Assembly: GCF_009914755.1 (NCBI RefSeq)
Contig: NC_060942.1
Source of the DNA: the human T2T-CHM13v2.0 reference genome, Homo sapiens
Strand: one strand, 5' to 3'
Length of the DNA: 64,000 nucleotides
Shown one piece after another: positions 27,991-41,031 of the stretch. A program made the translations under genes and the position numbers. Below the pieces are notes generated by a model. That model was not told where the DNA came from. It saw only the letters and a program-made list of their open reading frames with translations, and did not search any database. Positions within the stretch are counted from its first letter, which is position 1; each line of letters opens with the position of its first letter.

Positions 27991-29479
27991 CCTCCCTGAG
28001 GCCTTCTCCGCAATTACTCTAGAGTACTCATTTTTGGGAGGATGCCTCAAACAGTTCACATTTAATACAACAGTCACACACAGGACACAAAAATCGTATC
28101 CTCCAGAATGCTTAGGACAATCTCCTTTCACCAAACACTTGCAGAACCATTTGCTTTTGATGAGTGAGACACGGCCATGAGCAATCTAGTAGACAGCTGA
28201 GTTGTGACCAAAAGAATTTCATCCCTCCTTCACTCATAATGAGACTTTGAAAGACGACCTCGCTGGCCATAAAGCTTAGTCTTGGGTTTTCACTTATTCC
28301 TCTGCAAAGTAGGAACACTCTGTTACTTCTAGAAGGATCTATTGATGATATGATAGCCATGTGATTCCATGTGAAGCACACAGCAGAAAGATGATACAAC
28401 TAGGAAGATTCTAATTTAAGTGGTCCTCTACTGTCCTTTACTGCTTTCAGCGATCCATTGCCTTCCTGTCGCCTGTATACTGTATATGATTTTCCACCTT
28501 TTTTATACCATTTAACATTGGTTCTTGTACAATTCTTTTTTACTTACAAATACTGCAATGCGATTTTTCCTTTTGTTATTTATGTAACAATATAAAATAA
28601 CATGTATATTTCCATAAGTATTCCTATAATACTAATGCATTACCATAAACTATGTTCTTATTTTATTTTTGGTTATGAATCTCTTTAGGTGTTTTTTTTT
28701 TCTAGAGGCACCTCTTAAGGTAAGGTTGGGTGTACCCAACAGATGCCTAATGCCACACAGAGTTTTGCCAATCACAGCTCTTTATCCCCACTTCTTTTTG
28801 AACCAACGTTTTGAGGTTGCCAGCATTCCTAGCAATCATGACACACTTGACTCAATGATTCTTGCCTGAGAAAGTTTTCTGTTTTTTCTTCATTAAGTCA
28901 ATGAGGGGAAAGATAAGTAAGCAGCTTCACATCCTTATATTTTGTCTTCTAACAGGAAAATAAATAGAGCCATTCGCCTTCATCTCCTTGAGCTAGCTGT
29001 CAGACTATATCGACTAATATGGAGTCCGTCTAGTTGTGTATGAGTCTGTGTACAATTGCATGTGTGTATTTGCAGCTTTGATCCGGAAGCCTTCTAAAAA
29101 AGAAACTGATGGTTGGCTGCCATCAACACATTTCCTTTCCTCCAGTTCTGTATGCAACCAAGCCTGTGTGTCAAGGGTTCCCCTAAGTGTGGAGCTCCAG
29201 TTCCAGCATCAAAGACAAAGCATATCAGAAATGCATTTACATTTGTGTTCTCTTGAGTCTCGCCTTCCATCTAAAAGGCATGAGTCATGCCAATCCACAC
29301 ACACGCGTACGCTCCACACTCCCAACTCAGTCCCTTCTTGATTCTAGACAAGCAGGAAACCAGTCTGTAAGTGGCTCCCAGTCGTTGGGGAATTTCTTAT
29401 CATGTTTATCTTATTAATAGAACAATTGTCCACAGCATTCCTGCCATATTCCTGGCCTGTGCCCATGTAGACCCTCATA

Positions 29480-30330
29480 GTGGAGCTCCTCTTCCCTCCT
29501 CACTTCTCACTCACTCCTCATATGGGATCATAGCTGCCAAATCCCCATGGCTAGACATTCACCTGGATTCCAGATCCCTGTGTTCATTAAGTGGAGTCTC
29601 AGAAGTACCTCCAGCCACATGTTCAAAGGGAGCGCAGATCTTCACAGGCTTATGTGTGTCTCCACCAGAGAATGGCACAGTTATCCTTCCAGATATGCAA
29701 TCCGGAAAGTGGAGGCAATCCCTCAAAACTCCCTGTTACCCACCTGGCATAGTCAATTTGTCACCAGGTCTTGTAAATTTACATTCCCAGACAAATACAA
29801 AATCCATTTACTTTCTCCCTCTCTACCATCACCTCTCTAGTCCGAGCTGCAAGTATTACACATTTGCTCCTCTGAAAGGACCTAGGTCTGCCCAAATCCA
29901 CCCCACCTTCTAAAATCTGCCATTGATACAGCCTAGTCTCTGTGCTGCACCTGCCCAAAGCCCCCCAGCTGCTCCCCATGGCTCTCCAGGTTGAAATCTT
30001 GCACCTGACCTCAAAGTCCTGCAATGACCTGGTGTGATTCACTCCCTTCCTGCCTCCAACTCACCCTCCTTTCCCCTCCTCCACGCCCTTGCTTTTTCCC
30101 ACTTGATTTATCTTGTTAGCCACTATTAATCTGTCACTTCACAGCTCAAGATTCATAATAAACATCCTTCCTTCAGCCCTCTCAGGCTCTCACAACACCC
30201 TACAACGTCTCTCCCATGAAATTGAGCACAGTGGAGCCAAGTTCAATTTGCTCATCACTGTATGCCCAGCATCTAACACAGACTCTGGCACATAACTCTT
30301 GCATTACTAATATTTGTTGAAAAAATATTT
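29480..30330 (+). mobile_element. L2 LINE fragment
   Basis: Pyrimidine-rich L2 body ending 'cccagcatctaacacagactctggcacataa...aatatttgttgaa'. Confidence 0.7.
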
Positions 30331-30499
30331 TTGCATGAGCAAAATATAGAGGTCATTTAAAAAAATAGCTTTGCTAATGAGTCCAGGATAAGGAGGTGGT
30401 GGTATTGACGTCTCCTTTTTATGAATGTGCCCTACCACCCAATATACAGGCCAAAGAAAAACATTCTTTTTTGAATTTTCAAAAAAATTGCCTTGATTC

Positions 30500-30805
30500 T
30501 TCACTAAATGTCAGGCATTATGTGCATTATGCTGAGTGCTACATATGCACTATCTCATTGGATAAATCCAAGTTTACCAGCATTTTCAGGCATCAATCTG
30601 GGGGCTGAGCAGGAAAGCTGCACACTTTTATCTGTCATCACAGATTGTCACAATCACTCTGGGACAGGAGCCCTCAGTTTGTGGGTGATGAAAAGGAAGC
30701 TCAGAAAGTTTACAGGGTGCTGAGCTCACTCAGCCAGGTAAGTGGCAAAGCCCACATCTAATTCTTGATCATAGGCTCTAGTTCTAGCACGCACTCCAAT
30801 GCCAC
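30500..30805 (-). mobile_element. MIR
   Basis: 'atgaaaaggaagctcagaaagtt...actcagccaggtaagtggcaaagcc'. Confidence 0.6.
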
Positions 30806-31401
30806 AGTTGGTCAAAATAGTGGCAAATTATATCAAAAAGTGTGTCTCATGCTGCTCAACTGATGTGATCTAAAATGTTTTATCCCCAATTAGTGTTTTC
30901 AATAAGTATCTAGTATAAGACAAGAGTCCTTAATGAGCTCAGTAAAATAATTTAAGTACAAATATTCCCTTTACCTCCCCAGAAAAACTCGGCAACCTCG
31001 CCGGAGGCTTGGTCTGACTGGCCACCGCTGCCTTTGACCCTCTGCCATAAACTAGGAATTATAAGTTAAATCAGAGGTTATAAATGTTTCTAGAAAATTT
31101 ACTTCCTGGGTTCAAACACTACATTTTAAAAGTCCTTTTCAACTTATCCAAAAATTGACAGAAGAATTATTTTTTCACTTTCTAGACTGCTAACTTGGCA
31201 ATTTGTTCGCAATATGGAGTACAAAGAAACCAATTCAAAGGTTGTATTTATTCATGTCTGGTGCTGAAATTCCTTCGGTCAGGGTGGAGCGTGCTTTTTT
31301 TGCATCCTGAGTAGAGCTGAAATTTTTATATTTGTAAATGTTCATGTAAAAAATAATTCATAGCTTTAAAATCTAGAATGGCTCAAAAATGTCTGTGTAT
31401 T

Positions 31402-31690
31402 GGCCAGGTGCGGTGACTCATGTCTGTAATGCCAGCACTTTGGGAAGCGGGAGGATTGCTTGCACCCAGGAGTTCGAGACCACCTGGGCAACACAGTAAA
31501 ACACTTTCTCTACAAAAAAAAATTGTAAACTATCCAGGTGTGGTGGCACGTGCTTTAGTCTCAGCTACTTGGGAAGCTGAGGTGGGGGGATCCCTTGAAC
31601 TCAAGAATTTGAGGCTGCAGTGAGCTATGATCACACCACTATACTCCAGCCTGGGCAACAAAGTGAGAATTCATCTCTAAAAAAAATTAA
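31402..31690 (+). mobile_element. AluJ
   Basis: Dimeric Alu with TSD-like aaaatgtct(g/a)tgta flanks. Confidence 0.9.
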
Positions 31691-32493
31691 AATGTCTATG
31701 TACTTTTGTGATGTTTCATCAATTTTTAAACTAATAAATGGGAATAAATGCAGGGTTCAGGAGAAAACAGCATTTTCAAGAGGCTTCTTTAAAGGCTACA
31801 GTCTTATTGAAAACTTTAAAAAGAAGCCACAGTTGTCTATGGAAGGTGTGGGACTGAACAGAGCCATCCATCACTACTCTCTGCACTCTGAGTTAGAGAA
31901 ATGTCACTTTCTCTGAATTCAAGTTCTGAGCCCAATCACTAAATTATGTATCCTATCAATAGTCCTCATTTTACAGTTTTTCTAAATCTTCTGATATGGG
32001 GCCTATACTCAAATCTCTGTCACTGTTTTTAATATTTGCTCTATTTGGGACTTCCTACAAATATCATCTCTGGCAAGGGAGCAAATAAACATGTTGTTCC
32101 AACATAAGACCTTTATCTTCTGCCCCTGGTTATACTTGCTACAGACATTTGGCTGAGCCACCTAGTTGATCAGAAGCCTCTCATTCTTTCAATCCTTGCT
32201 GCTAGAAGTCTTTCTAGAATTACCCTGCTTTCCTAAGTCCGGAATTAGTGCACAAACACTTCCTAACAATACTAATAAGCTTATTCCAAAAATTCATTTT
32301 TTTGAATTACTTAGAACTTCAACTACACTATGCAACGAAAACATTATTAGAAATTGTTGCTTTTCCAAACTAGTTCATAAAAGATCATTTTACTCATGAG
32401 AAATATATTAAATATAATTTATTCAGATAATACATCTTAATAAATGCTACCATGTGCAGTATCCATGCCAGGTCTTCCTCAAAGAAAAGACTC

Positions 32494-32768
32494 TTTTTTT
32501 CTTTTTCTTTTAAAGACAAGGTCTCATTCTGCTGCCCAGGCTGGAGTGCAGTGGCGTGATCATAGCTCACTGCAGCCTTGAACTCTTGGGCTCAAGAGAT
32601 GCCTGGGGCTCAGCCTCCTAAATAGCTGGGACTACAGGCACGCACCACCATGCCCAGCTAATTTTTGTATTTTTTTGTACAGACAGAGTCTCAGTATGTT
32701 TTCCAGGCTGGTCTCCAACACCTGGCTTTAAGCACAGGGATTACAAGTGTGAGCCACTGTGCCCAGCC
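32494..32768 (-). mobile_element. AluJ
   Basis: 'gatcatagctcactgcagccttgaactcttgggctcaag'; TSD-like aaagaaa(a/g)gact flanks. Confidence 0.88.
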
Positions 32769-33133
32769 AAAAGAAAGGACTTGGTATAATACTTACCCTA
32801 CACTTAATTTAGAAACTCTGAAAGGGGTGAACACAGCTCAAACATGAAAGGGGAATTTCAGCACAGTCAACCAATGCAGAACAGTCCCTGAGTCCTAATT
32901 TTCTGTTATTCTGAACTCAGATTCATTCAAAACTTTCCGTTCAATAAACACTCAGCACCTACCATGTGCCCTGATGCTGCTGTTGCCCTTTCTCTGATTG
33001 CTGTTGTTGGTAACAAGCCCACTTCAGAGCTGTGATCTCAGACCTCCCAGTCTGTGGTCTGTGCATAGTCCCAGCTGACTGCTCATTCCTGTCTCCAGGA
33101 TATCATCCCACTGACCCAATCAATGTGTGTATA

Positions 33134-33303
33134 GGCCAGGGATGGTGGCTCACACCTGAGTCCCAGTGCTTTTGGAGGCCAAGGCAGGAGGATCTCTTGA
33201 GGACAGGAGTTGGAGGGTGCAGTGAGCTATGATTGAGCCACTGCATTCTAGCCTGGGCAACAGAGCAACACCTTGTCTCAAAAAAAAAAAAAAAAAAAAA
33301 AAA
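33134..33303 (+). mobile_element. Alu monomer (FRAM-like)
   Basis: Single ~145-bp arm plus a poly-A tail. Confidence 0.8.
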
Positions 33304-33399
33304 GGGATGGGTATGTAGTAAATGCTACTAGACACCAATGAGCTTTCTCTTCAGAGCTGAGGCAGGCTTTCTCCTCCTGCCAGGATGTTCGCTGTTGAT

Positions 33400-35700
33400 G
33401 GATCCCAGCTGTGCCCTCCCCAGGAGTGTCCTGGTTGAAGGAAGCTCTCTTGCTCATGGTCATGCCCCTTGCTGAACACAGGGACCTGTGAACACAGGAC
33501 ACAGGGGCTGCTCAAAATGGGAGCATAGAGACCGGGTGCCCAGGATTAAGTCTGGGCCATGGGAGCTCAGAGCCCCCTGAAGGAGCCAAGGACAGCTCAC
33601 CTTCTCCTCTTATGGGTGCTGCTTCCCTCTCTTCTTATGGGTGCTGTTCTGGAGGGCACTAACCCCCAAAAATCCTGCATGCGAACATCTGCCTCTTAGT
33701 TCCTTCCCAGAAGAACTCAAACTAAGACATTTGGCACTGGGGATAGTCCAGGGAAGGTCACAGGAAGCTCACTCACCTTCCTCTGGCCAGCACTGACTGC
33801 CACCCTGGGGCACCCATGCCCCCTGGCAGGTTGCGGCCGGGAAACTACTGCAGATTTCACTGTGGTGCCTTTGGGCAGGTCAGGGTGAAGGAGTCCCATG
33901 CTGGGGGTGATAGCCCAGGCAGTCAGGAGGTTCTGGTGGAATAGTAGAATCATAAGGTCTGTGGAATGAAACTCTCTTCTGGAAGCCATCAATGCACTGC
34001 AGAAAGACAATTAAGGCCGCATTAAATGAACCTCCTATTTGATGTAAAATGTGAACACTACTGGGCCACCAAGGCAATGCAGAAAGAGACTTTCATCTCC
34101 TCCAGCAGGAGGGCCGGGACAGCCAAAGGTCACACCAGGACTTAATTTTGAAGGAAGCCAAAAAGAGGCTCAACCCTGGCAAGTCTAATGTCTCAAAGTC
34201 AAGGCCCTAAATGAAAAGAAGTGAAATCCTGAGATTGAGATAGGAATACCCGGGAACACTTTGAATCTGTCTCCTTCCCTGAGCCCTCAGGGTCTGCAGA
34301 AGTGGCCCTTCCTCCCTATGAATGACTCATGTTTCCACTAGCACAAGGTTGATGCAGAGGCCTCTGCCTTGTGGGACAATGTGTACTACTCTCAAAGCTC
34401 ACCTCCAGATGCCATCCTGGCCAACAGGGTCGGTAATGAGGGTCAAACCATAACATAACTTAGCCAGGTAAATTCACGTCAGTCAGCTAAGGAAGTAAGG
34501 TAGATTAAAGATGGTGACAAACTCTTTGCTACTCTTCCCATTAAGAGCTAAATCTAATCTCTTTTGCTTGTATCTGGGCTGGTTTCATGACTTGTTTGGC
34601 CAACAGAAAATAGAAGAATAGGATTTCTGGGGCTAGGGCATAAGAAGCCTTCTAGTTTCTACCGGAGTCTCTTGTAACATACTGTCGGGTAACTGTGGGA
34701 TGCCATATGAGCAGTCTGATCACCCACAGATCATCACACTGGAGAAGCCTTGCAGATGCCTGTCGAGACACCAGACTCATGAGTAAAGCTATCTGAGACC
34801 CTCCAGGCCAGCCCACTGTCTAGATAAACACCACCAAATGAACTCCAGTGATGTATGGAATAAGACTCACCTGGCCGAGCCTGGCTTGTATTCCTAACCC
34901 TGAAATATGTAAGCTATAATACAATTGTTGTGTTGAGCCACTACATTTGAAAATTATATGCTGAAGTTACTGCAGGTCACAGCCAACTTGCACCAGCAAA
35001 AGCCAGGAGACTCTGTAGGGGACTGGATATGCTGAGGGGGCTGCATCAGGATTGGTGGAGCATAAAGTTGGAAAAGCTCACTGAAATGAGAGCACTTTCC
35101 TCTAATAAAGAACTGAATATACAGCAAGGAGCATGGTAGGATGGTTCTTGAAAGCCTGGGTAGCAATGGCCCACATTAAATGAAGTTGAAATATCAGAAC
35201 TGCTGAGGCAGAGAATGGAAGAACTCATAAAAGGCTTGCAGAGGTGAACATACAAGAGTAGATATTCTATGTAAGGCCTCAACATGGGTATTATTCAATA
35301 TTTGTGGTGTGAATGCTTCACCCGCAACATGATGCCCTCACTCACGGAGTCCAACTAACTACTTGGTGACAAGCTGATTACATGGAGCCTTTCTATGCTG
35401 GAAGGGGCAGTGATTCGCACAGACAGGAATGAATACACTGTCCAAGTAAGGTTTAGGCTTTCTTCTGCCCACAGAGCCTCAGTCAGAACATCTGTCAGCT
35501 CTCATAGGGTTTGGCCATTAGACACAGTACTTCCTGCATTATTGCATCGGACCAACGCTCTGCTTTATAACAGAGGAGGTGGGAAGAGGATCTCCTGGTC
35601 CTGTCACACATCATACTACCCAATCGCATCCGACCTTTTAGACTGACAGAATGGTCTTCAAATGTGTAGATAAGCATCAACTTGGGCAAGATACCCTTTG
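33400..35700 (+). mobile_element. Ancient ERVL (LTR16/ERV3-16A3-like) LTR plus internal remnants
   Basis: LTR-like end 'ttcccagaagaactcaaactaagaca' followed by PBS-like 'tttggcactgggga'; degenerate integrase-like tract near 35600-35660. Confidence 0.5.
34495..34960 (+). mobile_element. MLT1 (G/H-like) MaLR LTR nested in the ERVL
   Basis: 'agattaaagatggtgacaaactctttgctactcttcccatt...ttgttgtgttgagccactacatttg'. Confidence 0.75.
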
Positions 35701-35969
35701 ATAGGTCTTTTTACATTGCTGGATTATGAAATTTAGATTGTCTAATAAGGTCTCTCAATAAAATACTCAACACAAAAATATCCTTCTCCACCCCACTTAT
35801 TTTGAAACACACAATTTCTTTGGCCACTTTCCTAGACTTCAGTGACAGCCTGGGTCAGGGGCTGGTCACGAAACTGGGAGAGTCTTGTGTCACCTCTGCC
35901 GCTCTTCTTTATCTAATTGGGTAAACTTCAGTCAGTCTAGGAAAATATATTCAGTGTTTTAGCTGGAAA

Positions 35970-36101
35970 TGTTTCCATTCCTGTACTTTATCCCTGATCC
36001 CGAGACACCCTATATAAAATAGGAGCTCCCACCTCTTCTGTGTCCTTAGCCTGCTTGATTTTCTTCTTAGCACTTGCTACTATACGATATGCCACATTCT
36101 C

Positions 36102-36134
<33 letters not shown>

Positions 36135-36280
36135 GCATTTTACACACACACAGACACAAGACATAAAACTCAAGATGAGCAGAGATTGATTTTATGTATT
36201 GCTAAATTCTCAGCATTTCAAATGCTATCTGGCACGTGGTAGACAATATCTTTTGAATGAGTAAATGAATGAATGAGAAC
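35970..36280 (+). mobile_element. L2 3' end with CT/CA microsatellite
   Basis: 'tctggcacgtggtagacaata...ttgaatgagtaaatgaatgaatg'. Confidence 0.65.
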
Positions 36281-36529
36281 AAGATAGCTGTAGGACAAAG
36301 AGAAGAAGAGAACATTTGTAAATCAGGAACAGACTAGGAAAATGTAACTCTTCCATGTTAAAGGTAGATTTGGTTGTTTTCATGAGGGCTCACCACCTGC
36401 AAGCACTTTCTAGGATTCCATTTAGTAATCACTCTCTGACTCCACTTTCTTGTCAGGTCCAGCCTCTTACTTGCTGTCATTCATTCTTTCAACACTTGTG
36501 GAAGGTTCATTATGCAAAAGTCAGGATCA

Positions 36530-36700
36530 TTTAGTGGAAAGGGTCAGACGGACTTAGCATCTGTGTGCCTTTGCTCAACTTAACCTCTCTGAGCCTTTTT
36601 TTCCTCATGTGTGGAGAAGGGAAATTATAAAATAGACAATATATATATAAAGCACCTAACCTGGCGTCTGGTCCACACAGGAACTCAATAAATGCCAGGC
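36530..36700 (+). mobile_element. MIR
   Basis: 'acttaacctctctgagcct...cctcatgtgtgg...aaagcacctaacctggcgtctggtccacacaggaactcaataaatg'. Confidence 0.75.
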
Positions 36701-37689
36701 TCTTGGGAAAATGGATGTGCCTTGCTTTTGAGGACCCTACTGTCTGATGGGCAGAACAAATTAGCAAGCTCCCAATGCAAGGCAGCCAGCGGGAGGGTGC
36801 AGGTCAATGCAGAATACAAGGCAATGGGGAGAAGGCTTCCCGACGGAGACAGCTTTCTAGGTGATTATGAAGGATGTGATGAGTTTCACAGGTAGAAAAA
36901 GACATCCTCAGTTCAGGGCACACAGGGGAGGCCCAGGCTGTGCCCTGGAAACAGAAAGCCACCTGATGCTGTGGAGTGTGGTGGGGAGGAGGCAACGGCA
37001 GGCACTACCATTCCCAGCAAGGTTCCTGGGGACCTGCTCCCTGCCGTGGCCTGCGAAGGACATTTGGTTATCTGTGTCCTCTGGCTGGATGTGTTTGGCA
37101 AGTAAAGCCCTATTCCATTCTTCTTGGCATCCACACTCTAAAGGGGTGCCTTACACATGGCAGATGCTGAATGCTATTGGTTGGGTCATTTGAACCTATT
37201 CCCTAATAGGAATCATGTCTGGAACCTTCAGATGGGGCCAGGAGTACTGGTAAGGCCACTCCATGACTGGGTGAACTTGCCTGCTCATCTGACCTCCCGA
37301 TCTACAATTTGTGCTGAGCGCTGGGAGAGGTCAGCCACAGTTTGAGCTCCTGGGTGGCAAACATGTTGGGTTCATGGACTGTTGCTTTGTTCTGGAGTTC
37401 TCTTGTGCCCTTATCTGTTCCCGTTAGTCCCAGTTACACTGTCTCTGGCATCTGTCTTTAGTCCAGTTGCACTGTCTTCAGCCTCTGATGTAGCCAGGCT
37501 GGCTCTGAACAGCCCTGGGACCTCTCAGTTTGTAGCACTCACAGCTGATACCAGAATTGACTTGCTAAACAACTTCATTATCAAATTGCCTTCCTATTAT
37601 TTTCCTTTTTAAATGTTTACAAGAAGAAATCCAGTTAATCAAAAATTGGCATAACCAGCTGAGATTTTAGTGAATTTCCTGAACTAAAA

Positions 37690-37784
37690 AGGCAGTAAAG
37701 TGGCTAATTAAGAGCATGGGCTTTGGGGGTTGGCCAGGCCTGGGTACCAGTCCTTCCACTTTTGATGAGACTTTAAACAAATTA
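37690..37784 (+). mobile_element. MIR 5' half, cut at a TA by Tigger3b
   Basis: 'aggcagtaaagtggctaattaagagcatgggctttgg...gatgagactttaaacaaatta' corresponds to MIR up to ...GTGACCTTGGGCAAGTTA. Confidence 0.75.
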
Positions 37785-38728
37785 CAATCATGCATCGCCT
37801 AACGACGGGGATGCCTTCTGAGAAATGCATCATTAGGCAATTTTGTCATTGTGTGAACATCACAGAGTGTACTTACACAAACAGATAGTAGAATCTACTA
37901 CACACCTAGGCTATATGGTATTGCCTATTGCTCCTGGGCTACAAACCTGGGCAGTGTGTGACTGTACTGAGTACTACAGGCCACTGTAACATAATGGTAA
38001 GTATCTGGGCTTAAACATAGAAAAGGTACGGTATAAATATGGGAAAATAATATACCTGTAAAGGGTAATAACCATGAATGGAGCTTGCAAGACTGGTAGC
38101 TGCTCTGGGAGAGTCAGATAGTGAGCAGGGAGTGAGTGGGAAGGCCCAGGACATCATGTAAATGACTGCAGACCTTATGAACACTGTATACTTAGGCTAC
38201 ACTACATTTGTTTTTAAAATTTTCTTTCTTCAGTAATAAATTCACCCTACCTTACTGTAACAGTTTTACTTTATAAACTTTTCAATTTTTTTAAACTTGA
38301 CTCTTTTGTAATGACACTTTGCTTAAAACACAAATACATTGTACAGCTGTACAAAAATATTTTTTTCTTTATATCCTTATTCTATAAACTTTTTTCTGTT
38401 TTAAAAATGTGTTACCTTTTTTTTTACTTTTTAACATTTTTTGTTAAAAACTAACAGACTAACACCACCGGGCCGGCCCTGCAGAGTTCCTACTCCCCCT
38501 TCCTGGCCCCTGGACTTGCTGCTGCTGCCACCGCTAGCACAATGACAATACTGTACTGTGCATAATCGCACGTGCTGGATTTTATATGACTGGCAGCACA
38601 GTAGGTTAGTTTATATCAACAGCACCACAAACGAGTGAAGTAATGTGTCGCACTATGACCTTACCAAGGCTACGACATCGCTAATTCATAGGAATTTTTC
38701 AGCTCCATTATAATTTTATGGGACCATC
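37785..38728 (+). mobile_element. Tigger3b (TcMar-Tigger) copy 1: internal deletion, right end missing
   Basis: TA|caatcatgcatcgcctaacgacgggg left terminus; colinear with the copy at 61629-62797; stops at 'ttatgggaccatc' about 55 bp before the right end. Confidence 0.9.
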
Positions 38729-38891
38729 TCATGGTAACCTCAAATCAAAAACATACAAAGGATAAGCAAAAAGTAAAAAGCAAAAAAATCACATCATATT
38801 AGAGAAAATCACTTTCACTAAGAGGAAGACAGGAAAAAAAAAAGGAAGAGAAGGCCACAATGCAACCAAAAAACAAACAAGATAGTAAGAG
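38728..38891 (+). mobile_element. L1M inter-ORF fragment
   Basis: 'ctcatggtaacctcaaatcaaaaacataca...agagaaaatcactttcactaagaggaagacagg' matches the old L1 spacer upstream of ORF2. Confidence 0.75.
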
Positions 38892-39640
38892 CCGGGAGTG
38901 CAGGGAGGTGTGGGGGGCGGGATTCGGTGGTGGCTATCCGGGGCCAGACAGCCCATGAATAGAGGCCAGGTTGGGTGCACTATCGGGGGCTACACAGCCC
39001 GTGGCAAGAAGGGGTTTGGGGCGATACCCATCGCAGGGTGGTGGGGTGGGTTCTGGGCACCATCGGGGGCTGCACTGCCGTCAGCGGGGGCTAGTTAGGG
39101 GCACTATCAGCTGCTGCATTGCCTGTGGCGGGGGTCGGGTTTGTTGCGCTATTGGGACTACACTGCTGACAGTGGGATACTGCTTAGGGGCGCTGTCAGG
39201 GGCCACACTGCCCGCGGTGGGGTGCAGGTTGGGTGCACTAACTGGGGCGTCATTCCCCACGGCTAGGGAAAGGTTGGGGTTGCTATCCGCTATCCGGGGC
39301 TGCTCCCCATCGTGGGGAGCGGATTGGGGGCCTTAAGGATCCGTGGCTGCACTATTCACTGTGGGGAGCAGGCTGTAGCGCTCTCTGAGACGTCACTGCT
39401 GGGGTGTCACTGCCTTCAGCGGGGGGCTGGTTAGGAGTCCTATCCATGGCTGCATGGGTCACCGCAGGGAGAGGGTTGGGGGCGCTATCCGGGGCTGCGC
39501 TGCCCACAGCAAGAGCAGGTTGGGGCGCTATCTGGTGCTGTAATGTCGGAGGCAGGGATGTGTTGGGGTGCTATGGGCTACTACACTGCGTGGCGAGGAG
39601 GTGGGGTGTTAGGGGCGCTATCGGGCTGCCCTGCCAACAG
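38892..39640. repeat. Degenerate G-rich tandem array, ~45-bp unit (ggttgggggcgctatccggggctgcactgcccgcggc-like)
   Basis: Recurring g(c/t)(g/a)ctatc...gggct(g/a)cactgcc motif at ~45-bp spacing; roughly 15 units. Confidence 0.8.
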
Positions 39641-40740
39641 GGGCAGAGGTTGCAGCAACAGCAGTGGTCTCCAAGAAAGGAGGCTTCCTCCTCTCCCCAG
39701 ACTCCAGACTCTAGAGGGCGACCTCCTCCTGCTCCTGCTCCAGTGGCACGCGTGCACAACGTTTCCACGGGAATCCTGGGTACGGCAGGGCCCCCACATC
39801 CGCCGTGATTCCCAGGCCTGCTTCCTCTCTCTCTGTGTTGCAGAGACCGGCTGGGACCCCTGAGCATGCTGGACACGGAGTAGCGGACACCACAGGGGGA
39901 CAGGGCCCTGTGGGTGGAGGCATCAGGATCGGAAACAGCACTTGGGTGGGAGGGCTGGCTGGGTCTGAGTTCCTGCTGGTTCTGCTCCCCAAGGAGCGCA
40001 GCCCTGGTGGGCCCAGCAGTTCCTGTGGACTGGGGAGCCGGGCAATGTGGTGTTTCCAGTCCCCACTCTAGGCCCCAGTTCCTGGCCAGCTTGGGCCAAA
40101 AGGAGAGGCTGGACTTTGGTGGGTGGGTATGAGTGCCTTCATTGAAACCGGCCCCTGCCACCCAGTGGCCAGCATGACAAGGTGAGGCTCTAATGCTGCT
40201 ACTCCCTGCATCCTCCTCTAGGATTTTCTGGCTTTGCCCACCCAGCTGTTACCAGCCAGGAGAAGGGTGAGTCACCTGCATGCTGCATGCTGGAGGCTGG
40301 AGCTTGCAGATAGCCTGCGGCTGCAACTCGCCTTGCTGGGGTTGGTGGCAGCTATGAGAACTACAGCGCCCAGGAGCGGTAGGAGGGCGGCGAGCTGCGG
40401 CCACAGCAAGGGCACGGCTGGGCAGTGGCCAGGTGGTAGGAACATTGTAGGGTGGGCCAGTGCATTGAGGGAAGCAGCCATGGTTGTATTGGCATTGGTG
40501 CTAGTGATGGCAGTGACAGCAAGTATGCAGGCCGGGAAGGGGGAGTAGGAGCGCTTCGGGGCCTGCCCTGCCAGGCCTTGGATGAGTAGGGTGCTTCGGG
40601 TGGGTAGGAAGCTTTGGGTGCTGTACCTCAGGCCTCAGTGGCAGCAGTGGAGGAACAGCCAGGGCAAGGAGGAGGAGTCCTCCTTCTCCTGCAGTCTCTG
40701 CAGGGCACCCTCCTCCTGCTGGCGCTTCAGCCAGGTGTGA
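38892..40740. promoter_or_regulatory. GC-rich, CpG-island-like segment (possible decayed promoter or first exon)
   Basis: Abrupt rise in GC and CpG content relative to both flanks; function not demonstrated. Confidence 0.45.

Positions 40741-41031
<291 letters not shown>

Noticed and set aside
29371-29913. 180-aa ORF
   Set aside because: Non-ATG start, lies largely in a decayed L2, no recognisable protein similarity.
38898-40548. Many overlapping 60-196 aa ORFs
   Set aside because: Expected from high GC content and tandem repeats; no recognisable domain.
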